Source: Ministeria vibrans ATCC 50519
Taxonomy: Eukaryota > Protista > Filasterea
Direction: 5' to 3'
Length of the DNA stretch: 36,152 nucleotides
Assembly: GCA_943704425.1 (NCBI GenBank)
Contig: CALSCP010002666.1
Coordinates: forward strand, 1-36,152
How positions within the stretch are numbered: the stretch's first letter is position 1; the number at the start of each line of letters is the position of its first letter. Shown piece by piece: positions 22,444 to 32,056 of the stretch. The translations under genes were made by a program, and so were the position numbers. The notes under the pieces were generated by a model, which saw only the letters and a program-made list of their open reading frames with translations, searched no databases and had not been told where the DNA came from.

Positions 22444-23902
22444 ATGGGACAGGGACAGGGGAAGCATGCGTCAATGACGTCACAGTCCAAGGGCTACTTG
22501 GGCACGGTGGACGTGGAGTATTTGGGTGCGGCCCAGGTGAAAGGCGAGCCAACGTCGCTCGATGCGCTTGTCGGTGCCTTTTACGAAATTTCGCGCGCTC
22601 GCATCGCCGCGCGTCCCGTGCGCATTGCCCTGCCGACAACCCGAGAATCTGTGTGCTTCCTGGACGTCGCGGCACGCACGGAACTCATGAAGCTCGACCG
22701 TACAACGCTGCTGTGTGCCGTTGAACTTCCCCCCGCCAAGTTTGCATCGGCCGCCGCGCAGGGCATCGTCCTGCTCTCCACCGTCGACCGCCTCCAAAAG
22801 GTGGCCATGTGCCACGCACTCGTCTGCGGCGGCAAGGCTGCCGAGCTCGTCGACATTGTGAGCGACCTGGTGCGTCTTGAATCGGGCGGAGGCACACGCC
22901 CGTCGCACACGCCAGACGCCGCCGGAATGGCCATAGACCGCATGAAACAACAGCAGGGTCAACGGATGGCTGCCTACGAGTCCAAGCAACACCAAATGAG
23001 ACTCCAGCAGCAACAACAGGAGCAGCTTCGTCGAATCGCTCACCTTGCGCACACCAACGCCATGATGGGCGACGCAGCAGCCTCCGCCATGCCCCAGGAA
23101 CCCTCCTACGAGCTGTTCGAGTCCACAGCGACTCCTCAGGTGGCACCCGGCCAACTTCTGTCGCCGTACACTCTCAACGAAGACGAGCGCGCCAAGGAGG
23201 AGCTGGAGCGAGCCAAGGCCAAAGATGCGGCACTTGCTCTCGAGAAAAAGAACCTCGTCTTCGATCCGTACGCCGAGGACGGCAGTGCCCCTCTTACACC
23301 CAAGATGCAGGATAAGTTTGTGCGTTTCCACACGTACGATTGGAAGAAGGACAAAAAGTACGAGCAGGGCACCCAGGCGGTCGTCCACAAGTACAACCTC
23401 GACGCCCTCCCGCCTGCCCGCTTTCAGGAGGAGCTCGTCAAGATTCGCGCCCATTATTACAACAAATTCATCGAGTCCTTTGATCTTGAAGCTTACCGCC
23501 AGTGGCTTGCAGGCTCGCAGTAAGGACCCCGCGCAACACACCACATCGTACTGACTCAGACCTTCTCTTTGTAGACAACCATTCCAAGGCACCGCAGCCC
23601 CTACTGGTGGAGCTGCTGGAGGCGTACCCGCCCCAATGGGTGGAACACTCAGCGGATCAATGGGAGCAGGCATGGGCGGTATGGGTGGCACAGGTGTGGG
23701 TATGGGCATGGGCATGGCGCCGACCGGTGTGTACGGCACAATGCCGATGCAGTCCATGCAGATGATGCAGCAGCCGATGATGTTGCCCATGCAGTCCATG
23801 CAGATGCAGGCTCCTCAGGCCATGCCGCAAATGTACATGCAACCTCAGCAGCAGCAGCAGCAGTACCCGTGGAACGGCGGGAATGGATCCATGATGTGGT
23901 GA
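22444..23902 (+). CDS. PTB-cluster paralogue B: MG start, PTB-like domain, Q-rich coil, shared helical domain, M/G/Q-rich tail; exons 22444-23519 and 23575-23902; 467 aa
   Basis: MGQGQG; VDVEYLGAAQV...CHALVC; FVRFHTYDWKKDKKYEQG...KIRAHYYNKFIESFDLEAYRQW. A GTAAGG...tttgtAG intron joins ORF 23636-23902 in frame. Confidence 0.82.
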
Positions 23903-24209
23903 TCTTTCTCTTGTGTTGTAATGAATAATGAATAATGAATAATCCAAAAAAAATAATAATTATTATTATTATTATTATTATTTGAGTTCGTGTGGGTTTC
24001 GTTCTCACGTTCTGCATCGCTGTGCCTACGTATCCATCCTTGGTGGCGTGTAGTCGTGTACTAGGCTTTGTCGCCCACGCACCTCTTGGCTCCCACGACA
24101 CTCAGCACGAACAACACACACAAAAAAAAAAGAAAAAAAAAAGGAGGCTTTTTATAGAAGCTCTCGCAGTTGGCGCACAAGACTTGCTTGGGGACCTTCT
24201 CACGCGACC

Positions 24210-27200
24210 ATGGGCAACCAGCTTGGGCGGGAGAACATCGCCGAGGGCGACTTCTTTCCCGTCACCTATCTGGGCAGCAGCTACGTCGAGACGCGCACCA
24301 ACCTCGATGCAGCCATGGAGGCGCTTGCGGCCGTCCTCTCGCGAACGCCGGTGCACCGACGCATGGTGGTGTACGTCAGCGGCCATGGCATGTCGCTGAT
24401 AGCGGCCGAGACCGAGAAGGAAGTCGCGCGCTATCCGTTTGCCCGCATTGCACTGTGCACCCAACTGCCAAACAGCCCGCAAATGCCCCTCTACAACAAC
24501 CTCCTTGCCATCATTGCACTCGACAGCCTCAGCGGCGCCAACAACTGCCACATCTTCCAGGCGCAGTCGCCCTTCGAGGTCGTCCAGTCCTTTGACATGT
24601 ACCTCCACTCGGCCATTAGCCAAGTGGGCGGCGGTCCCGGTGCCGCCGCTGCTGCTGCTGCTGCTGCAAACGCCGGCAGAAGATTTCGCCTGCAAGACGA
24701 CGACACGTCCTTCCTTGACGACGACGACGACGATGATGATGATGACAACCTCTATCGTCCTGCCGCTCACTCACATCACGGTGAGAGACACGCTCACTTT
24801 GCCGACGAAGATCCCTCGGGCATCCTCCGTCGTGGCTACGGCACCCCCTCCGCCGCGACCAATGCCGAGCGATTTGCCCAACCTCGCGTACTCTACGTTG
24901 ACGCCGAACGAGACGCTGCCTATCGCGAATTTCACACCTACAACTTCACCGGTGACGACGTCTTCATGACGGGCGTCGTCGAGGTGGTGGACGCCCTCAA
25001 AATCGACACAATCCAGGACGAACTGGAACGCGACTTTGAAATTATGAAAATCAAGGCGCACTACTTCTCGCGCTACTTTGCCGACGTCGACCTCAACGAA
25101 TACTACCAGTGGCGCGTCGGTCGCGACGCCAACGGCTATCCTCTAGGCAAGGGTCCCGACCGTCCCTCGCGAGAAAACTCTACCGTGGCATCCGTCGCTC
25201 GCGCCGACACTATCCACAGCACAGGCGGTGGTGGTGCTCCTCCTCCACCTCCTCCTTCTGGTCCCGACGATGGTGGTGCACCCGCACCCCCTCCTCCTCC
25301 CCCACCCGGTGGTGGTCCCGATGTGCCGGGTCCCCCCCCACCGCCCCCTCCCGGTATGATGGGCGGTATGATGGGTGCAGGCGGGGCAGGCGGATTTGCC
25401 GCCATGATTGCCGGTGCCAAACTGAAAAAGTCAGCTGGCGAAGGCGGTGGCGGCAGTGGTAGTGGCGCTGGCGCTGGCGCTGGCTCGGACTCTCAAAAGG
25501 GCCTCGGAGGTGCCTCGATGATGGAGGAAGTGCTGCGCCGACGTGAAGAAATGCGCAAAAAGGGTGCAGGTCTTATCAGCGACAAGGCATCGCTCGAGAA
25601 GGGCGGCAACCGCACACCGGCTGAGGACCCGCTCTTGGCGGCTCGTGCACGTCTCAAAAACCGCACCGGAGGCGTCTCCACCGGCGCCAACACAAACCTC
25701 GATGCAGACGCACCTCCTCCACCCCCTCCACCCGGTGGCAGTTCCAGTGCACGCAACAACAACCACAGCGACGACTTTGCGCCGCCACCGCCACCACCGG
25801 GTCTCTTTGCCGCCGCTGCCTTCAGCAAGACCTCCAAATCCACATCGGCAACGTCGACGACAAATGCCTCTTCGTCCTTCTCTCCACCTCCTCCGCCTCC
25901 TCCGTCGGCCCTCGCTTCGGACGCACCCCCTCCGCCACCGCTTGCTGCTGCCACCTCGGTAGCGGCTGCCAAGGCCAAGTCGCCTCCTGCAGGTGCCGTC
26001 AACGTCATGGCCAGCCGGGATCCCGTCGTCGTTCAGCGCTCAGACTCGATGAAGGCCGTGCCGCCCTCTTCCGCGACCGTCGATTCCCCACCGCCGCCAC
26101 CACCGGCAGCGACGGGACGTGCGCCGCCCATTTCACGCTCTGGAAGCATTGCGGACCAGCTCAGACCAAAGGGTGGTGCGGGTGTGCAGCGCAGCAACAC
26201 AATGAAGCCGGGCGTCGACGTGGACTGGCGACCCGACATGTCCGAGTTTGACGTGGTCTTTCTGGGAGCAACTGAAATTTCGCGGGTGGACCGCACCACA
26301 TGCAACCTTGCACGCGATAAGGTGCTCACGGCCACAATCCAGGCCAAGCCCATGTTGGTCGTGTTCCAAGACAAGGGCATCTCCGTGACAGACAAGTCCA
26401 AGTCGCGCACATTTGTGCAGGTCGACCTGGCTCTCATTGGCTACTCGGCCATCCTAACGCGCTTCAACGAGAACATGGGCTGCTTCTGTGTGGTCGCGCA
26501 GGATGTGGGCGATCGCAATCCTCTCTGCTTGCTCTTCAAGACGGAAGATCCCGAATGGGTCATGCAAACCTTCTTTAAGAAGTCGCGCGAGTTCAAGACG
26601 CGCATGAAGATTGATCTGGGCAAAAAGGAAGACCGCACGCGCAAGATGGGCAAGCAGCCCAAGACTCAGCAAATGCACGTCGCCGAAGATGGCTCGCTGG
26701 AGCGTGGGCCCTCGTCGGCCCAAGACAAGGCACCCGCGGCGAAATTGGCGCAGAACGCTCGTTCGAGCACTCGCGAGCGCGAAGAGCGCTTTCCCTCGCC
26801 TGCAGCCGCACTCAGTGGCGTCACCGAAGAGGCCGAACCCGCATCACCTGCGCCCGTACGTGCCCCCCCTTCTATCACCACGTCGCCTCCACTGCCCGAT
26901 CCCAGTGCCTCCTCTCCCGCCAACGTATCGCCACCGTCGACGCGCGTGAACATTGTCAAATCAGCCACGGTCGACTCGGTGACACCGCCCGACGAGCTGC
27001 CCTCACAAGCGGCCCTCGACCGCATGCAAGAGGAGCGCGACATGGCCGCAAACTTGGCAGCCGCCGCGGCCATTGATGCAGCGCTTGCGGGCCAGGAATC
27101 TTCCACGTCGCTTGCCAAGGCGAACGGCAAGGGCGATTCACCTTTTGGCATGCCGCCGGCCATCGCGGAGGAGACAGAACCTGAGGCCAAGACGCCCGAC

Positions 27201-27770
27201 GTCACCTCGTCGTTGGCTCCGCCACCCGCAACAAGCATGTTCAGCAACGATCCGACCTTTGAGGACAACCGTTCTATCGGATCAACGGGCTCGCCCAAGG
27301 TGAAACGGAAGGAAGAGAAGGAGCGTGCAAAGAGAGAGGCGCGCGAGGCAAAAGAGCGCGAAAAGGAAGCCAAGGAGCGCGAGAAGGAGGCGCTCAAGGC
27401 GAAGAAGGACGCCGACAGGAAGCGAAAGAAGCACGCTCCCAAATCGCCGGCAGCCTCCATCCGCAGCACTGTCTCCAGCAACGGCGGCGGTGGCGGCGGT
27501 GGTGGATTCATGAAGCCTCCGTCGGCAACGCGCGCCTGGGGCGACGACAGCGACGAAGAAGACCAGGTCATGGCCAATGTGCACGAGACGAAGCGCCTGC
27601 AAGCGGAAATGCTGCGCGAGAAGAGCGTCCTCAAGGGTTACATCTCCCTCATGAAGATGGCCAAGAAAGGCTCCAAGGAACGCTACAATGCCGAGCAGCT
27701 CGTGGCCGCGTCCGAGGCCAAGATTGAGCGTCTCAAGCGCGATCTCACGCAAGTGTCCAGTGGCTGGTGA
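24210..27770 (+). CDS. PTB-cluster paralogue C: MG start, PTB-like domain, shared helical domain, polyproline, VASP-like GAB-FAB, polyproline, second PTB-like domain, coiled coils; single exon; 1186 aa
   Basis: Uninterrupted ORF. FPVTYLGSSYV...CHIFQA; YREFHTYNFTGDDVF...KIKAHYFSRYFADVDLNEYYQW; GFAAMIAGAKLKKS...SMMEEVLRRR; FDVVFLGATEI...CLLFKT. Confidence 0.88.
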   Translation: MGNQLGRENIAEGDFFPVTYLGSSYVETRTNLDAAMEALAAVLSRTPVHRRMVVYVSGHGMSLIAAETEKEVARYPFARIALCTQLPNSPQMPLYNNLLAIIALDSLSGANNCHIFQAQSPFEVVQSFDMYLHSAISQVGGGPGAAAAAAAAANAGRRFRLQDDDTSFLDDDDDDDDDDNLYRPAAHSHHGERHAHFADEDPSGILRRGYGTPSAATNAERFAQPRVLYVDAERDAAYREFHTYNFTGDDVFMTGVVEVVDALKIDTIQDELERDFEIMKIKAHYFSRYFADVDLNEYYQWRVGRDANGYPLGKGPDRPSRENSTVASVARADTIHSTGGGGAPPPPPPSGPDDGGAPAPPPPPPPGGGPDVPGPPPPPPPGMMGGMMGAGGAGGFAAMIAGAKLKKSAGEGGGGSGSGAGAGAGSDSQKGLGGASMMEEVLRRREEMRKKGAGLISDKASLEKGGNRTPAEDPLLAARARLKNRTGGVSTGANTNLDADAPPPPPPPGGSSSARNNNHSDDFAPPPPPPGLFAAAAFSKTSKSTSATSTTNASSSFSPPPPPPPSALASDAPPPPPLAAATSVAAAKAKSPPAGAVNVMASRDPVVVQRSDSMKAVPPSSATVDSPPPPPPAATGRAPPISRSGSIADQLRPKGGAGVQRSNTMKPGVDVDWRPDMSEFDVVFLGATEISRVDRTTCNLARDKVLTATIQAKPMLVVFQDKGISVTDKSKSRTFVQVDLALIGYSAILTRFNENMGCFCVVAQDVGDRNPLCLLFKTEDPEWVMQTFFKKSREFKTRMKIDLGKKEDRTRKMGKQPKTQQMHVAEDGSLERGPSSAQDKAPAAKLAQNARSSTREREERFPSPAAALSGVTEEAEPASPAPVRAPPSITTSPPLPDPSASSPANVSPPSTRVNIVKSATVDSVTPPDELPSQAALDRMQEERDMAANLAAAAAIDAALAGQESSTSLAKANGKGDSPFGMPPAIAEETEPEAKTPDVTSSLAPPPATSMFSNDPTFEDNRSIGSTGSPKVKRKEEKERAKREAREAKEREKEAKEREKEALKAKKDADRKRKKHAPKSPAASIRSTVSSNGGGGGGGGFMKPPSATRAWGDDSDEEDQVMANVHETKRLQAEMLREKSVLKGYISLMKMAKKGSKERYNAEQLVAASEAKIERLKRDLTQVSSGW

Positions 27771-28269
27771 ATGAAACCAGAGCTTGTGATACGGAGTGAC
27801 GGTGAGCGGTCACGAAAGAAAGTGCGGCGAGTGAGTGAGGGTAGCATTGAGAGTGTATCAGTTCTCAAAGGAATTTTAAGTTGATTTTTTGAGTGATTGG
27901 ATGTGATGAGTACGTACGAAGTACGGCGTAGTGGATCTCAAAACTTTATCAAGGTGCGTTTTTGTATCTGAAAGACTTCGTGGTTTAATATTTTCAATTG
28001 GACTCTCAGAAAACTGAAAAGTCAGTCATTTTAGATTTTTAGTTCAAGACTTATTTTCCCGACTGATAATCCTTCTCAAAAAGTAGCTCAACTTGCCGCT
28101 ACAATAGAAACTGGGTATGGCGAGTGAGGGAGCGGGGTTTTTTAAATCATGTCCTTTTTCTTTGGGACGAAAAGGGGATAATTTGTAACGTTGACTCACT
28201 AGAGGGATTGCCCATCACTTGTGACAACGCTGACCCGTGCGGCACCATTGCGTGTGACGTGGGNNNNNN

Positions 28270-28346
28270 TGAGTTGCGCAGACGACACAAACAAGTCCAA
28301 ATGTTGGTCGAACACACAAACGACGCCATTGCGACCCCCACAGGAC
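28270..28346 (-). repeat. Inverted partial copy of the 161-bp repeat at 35.5-35.8 kb
   Basis: GAGTTGCGCAGACGACACAAACAAGTCCAAATG...CCCCACAGGAC is the reverse complement of about 35744-35819 and abuts the N gap at 28264-28269. Confidence 0.9.
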
Positions 28347-28829
28347 ACATTTCGCGCATCTTGCCATTATAAACGCCACTACACACCGATCCACCACACC
28401 ACATGCGCCATGTTGCTGCACCCGTCAGCGTTATCACAAGTGAGTCGACAAAGCAAAACAATTATCTTTTTTCTTTTTCGACTTTTCGTCCCAAAGTCCG
28501 ATTGAAAAGCAAACCCCGTTCCCTCACTCTCTCCACGCAATTGAACCCCAAATATTGCGTCAACGTCACGGAGGAGCTGACGGCGTTGAGAGCAATTGAG
28601 AATATGTCAAATGGAAACAGAAGAAATGAAAGAAGGATTGGCGTATGCTCCCGAAAGATCACGGGGCAAGCAGCTCAGCAAGCTTACCGCTCACCAAATG
28701 ACAGAAAGTATTTTTTGTGAACGAGTTGACGTAAATGTCTAATGATAAAAAATTATTCATTAGATCTTTCGACTTTGTGTTTATTGTTGAGTCACACAAA
28801 GATAAATTCATCATGTCAAATTAATTGAG

Positions 28830-29700
28830 GTGATTGACGACGCCACAGACGCGACCTCTGCGCTCCTGGCTGTACTTGTCAAGACGCGCTCCTTCACGGA
28901 CGACCTCGTGCGCAACGGAGACGACGAATCCCCACCTTGTCGAGGCGCAAGGAGTAGCGCACCCATGAGGGCTCCATGAGGGCTCCATGTCCCATGAGGG
29001 CTCCATGAGGGCTCCATGTCCCATGAGGGCTCCATGAGGGCTCCATGTCCCATGAGGGCTCCATGAGGGCTCCATGAGCCCGCGGCAAGAATTGGTGCTC
29101 CTGTGGCGCGAACGACACTGATCTCCGGCCGTGTGTCCACGTCCTGTGGGTTGTCCACATCCACCGCATGCTCGACGGCGGCATATCCAGTCTGTTGCTG
29201 ACTGGAAGTCTCCGAACTCTCGGCGCTGGCGACTATCAGCATGCTCACAGCTCCGGCTACATCATTGCTGCAGCCAGTCGACAGCGTGTGCCCACCGTCG
29301 TGGATAACGATTGACGCGCCTTTGGAGCGGTTGCCGCGTGACCTCCACGTGACCTGCAGCAGGTTGTCACCCATCGCGTGCCGCAAGTCGACCCACGCGC
29401 GCAGGCACGATATGGCACGACGCACGCACAAATTGGCAACAAGAACTCCCGTGTGCGTTCCACGGGTGAGCCTGGGACATGCTTGAGATCGCGAGAGACA
29501 CATGAAGACAAGCGACGTAGCGGTACGTCTCCAGCTGCGACAATGTGTCGCTGCAAGCGCCGACAAGACGACTCTCTCCAAAGAAACGACCAAAGCCAGT
29601 TGCAGATGAGGACACGGACGACGCAAGTGGATCAGGGAGCGAAGAAGAAGCGCAGGTGCAAGCAATGCAAGGAGTTCGGCCACTACTAAGCTACCTGTGT
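28830..29700 (+). mobile_element. Decayed MULE/Mutator-like transposase C-terminal fragment (SWIM finger plus CCHC zinc knuckle)
   Basis: WCSCGANDTDLRPCVHVLW (SWIM CxCxnCxH, 29093-29149) and KKRRCKQCKEFGHY*ATC (CCHC with in-frame TAA, about 29645-29698). Stops and a repeat insertion interrupt the frame. Confidence 0.65.
28963..29078 (+). repeat. 29-bp tandem repeat, 4 copies, built from CCATGAGGGCT subunits
   Basis: CCATGAGGGCTCCATGAGGGCTCCATGTC at 28963, 28992 and 29021, and a near-identical unit at 29050. Confidence 0.95.
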
Positions 29701-29727
29701 CAACGACAAGACCGACGATCTGTGATT

Positions 29728-29738
29728 GTGTGTGTGTG

Positions 29739-29785
<47 letters not shown>
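29728..29785. repeat. (TG)n microsatellite
   Basis: Direct inspection; one short interruption. Confidence 0.9.
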
Positions 29786-29786
<1 letters not shown>

Positions 29787-29905
29787 ACTGTATGAGTGAC
29801 TGATGATGTGTGATCACTGTGTGATTATGTGTGTTTGAGTGAATGAAACTACTCTGCAAATGAATATTCATTTTTCCTCCAATCTCTCTCTTCACCACAA
29901 CTCCA

Positions 29906-31303
29906 ATGCGGCACGTTCTTATCTGCCTAGTTTTGCTTGCTGCCACGTACTTCCACACGGCGGAGGCGCGCGAGGAGACCAATGAGGGTCGTGTGAACAC
30001 TTTGCAGCGAACTTTACTCTCTCCCACTCTCTACCCGTATGCGCGTTGTCTTGACGGCTCTCCCTCCGGCTACTACATCAACCGAGGCGACCCCACGCGC
30101 TGGGTTGTCTTCCTCCAGGGAGGCGGTCTTTGTTTCACCAAGAAGAGCTGTGAAGGTATTCACAACACCGTCTCTCCTTTTGTCTCTGTCTCACTCGCTC
30201 TCCTCGCTCGCTTCGACTCGCAGGGCGCACTAAGAATGACCTGGGCACGTCACACCACTGGTCTCTGACCAAGGAGGGCAGCAACCTGTTCTCCAGCAGC
30301 GCCAAGGCGAACCCCGACTTTGCCAGTTGGACTCATGTGTTTGTGCCTTACTGTGGCGGTGACCTGCACAGCGGACGGCGCACCGAGAAGCACCCTACCT
30401 TTGACGTGTACTTCTCGGGTCACCTAACGCTGGAGGCGATTGCTGACGAGCTGTGGGGCGAGGCGAGTGTACGATCGCAGCTGAGAGAGGTTCTCCTCAC
30501 AGGCGATTCCGCCGGCGGAATCGGCGCGTTTGAGCACACCAACTGGCTGCACAACCTGTTCAACAACAACACTGCAGCGCCGCCTGTTGCAGTCGCGTCC
30601 ACTCCGCAAGGCGGCATGTTCATCCCGGACGTCACGCCATACCCTGCATGGGTGCTCGGCAAGCACATCGAGCTCGCTAACCTAACGGTACTCAACAGGC
30701 TCTACGACTCCTTCATCGATCCCGTCTGTGAACAGCATCATCCAACAGACCGTTCTTACTGTGGTCCAGCCAAGGTAGCACATCTTCACGCGACGAGCCG
30801 GATTTTGTTTTGTCTCAACAGACGCGGTTTGTTTGTTTGTTTGGGGGGGGGGGGGGGGGGTTTAGGTGAACTGGCTTTTGCCATACATTCAAGCGCGCAC
30901 TTTCCCCGCACAAAACCGCTTTGACACATCGCAACTGAGTTTTATGCTGTGGAAGGCGGGTGAGCCACGCGCACAGGAGTACCTGGAGTACTTTGGCAAC
31001 GGGTTGCGTGCGAGTGCTCAGCAGTTGGTCACACTGCCCACACACAGTCAAAATGGGATCATCTTCTTTTCGTGTGAGATGCACACGGGCAATTTGGGTT
31101 CGGGAGTGTATCCCCAGGTTCAGAATGCGTCTTACTTTGACGCACTGGGCTCGTGGTACTTCAATCGCACGACTGTCCCGCAGAAGTTTCTCTTTGACGA
31201 CTGCGGTTCGCTCCCGTGCAATCCTCATTGCAAGTCAAGTGGTGGAGCGCTCGACGAGGCACTCTTGTTTCCAGAGGGTGATTTTGATCAATGGGGATCT
31301 TAA
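29906..31303 (+). CDS. Secreted pectin acetylesterase/Notum-family serine esterase; exons 29906-30155, 30224-30774, 30866-31303; 412 aa
   Basis: Signal peptide; ARCLDGSPSGYY, WVVFLQGGGLC, NPDFASWTHVFVPYC, LLTGDSAGG nucleophile, NRFD, SCEMH, CNPHC. Confidence 0.9.
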
Positions 31304-31481
31304 TTCATATGATTTCTTCCAAGTAAATTGCCAAGAGAGAAAGAGTAACCAACGAAAATACAAAACAACGAGTAACATTCTTCCGCCGATGAGAAGTAAG
31401 AGTACCTATGCCATTCTTTGTAATAGAAGAACAATGATCAATTTGGAATCATTTTCTTTTTGAGCGCCCCATATTTTGACG

Positions 31482-31935
31482 ATGCTCAGCCTAGCACTTG
31501 TACTGGTCTGCGTGGCGTGGCGATCTAACGCGGAGAGAGCGTCCCCGGCGCATCCGAATGTGCTGCTGATCGCGACGGACGACTTCCGCCCTCAGCTCCC
31601 CATGTACGGCTTTCCCGCCATCCACGCGCCGAATCTGGAAGCCCTGGCTCAGAAGAGTCTTGTCTTCAAGAAGGCCTACTGCAATCAAGCAGTGTGCAGT
31701 CCTTCACGTACGAAACCTCAAACGACTGATTGTTTGTTGTTTTGAAAGGGTCAAGTGCCAACAGAAACGCCCTTTGTGGCCCTCTCTCTGCGTGTATGCC
31801 GGCAAGCATTCTATGCCATTGATGCACACTCCATGCAGCTTGACACTCACCCATTGGTTGTCGCGTTTCTTCATCTCACACTTTATTTGTCTTCATATGA
31901 ACAACAATTTCTCTTTGTGTTAGCATGACGTTATC

Positions 31936-31992
<57 letters not shown>

Positions 31993-32014
31993 TAGTTGGA
32001 AATGTCTTCTTCCA

Positions 32015-32056
<42 letters not shown>

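Noticed and set aside
22480-23799. 439-aa minus-strand ORF
   Set aside because: Antisense shadow of paralogue B caused by GC-rich codon bias.
26666-27634. 322-aa minus-strand ORF and other ORFs overlapping paralogue C
   Set aside because: Antisense or alternative frames of a well-supported 1186-aa ORF; no recognisable motifs.
29687-29689. In-frame TAA in the zinc knuckle as evidence for a reassigned genetic code
   Set aside because: TAA ends well-supported genes here (RRP40, ASNS, esterase, sulfatase) and none has internal stops; decay is the simpler explanation.
28811-29788. 325-aa minus-strand ORF
   Set aside because: Starts in a (CA)n microsatellite and reads through a tandem repeat; the meaningful SWIM and CCHC motifs are on the plus strand.
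30775-30865. Esterase intron 2 reading in frame as a possible alternative exon (VAHLHATSRILFCLNR)
   Set aside because: The 91-bp length shifts the frame if retained, and the resemblance to the next exon is weak.
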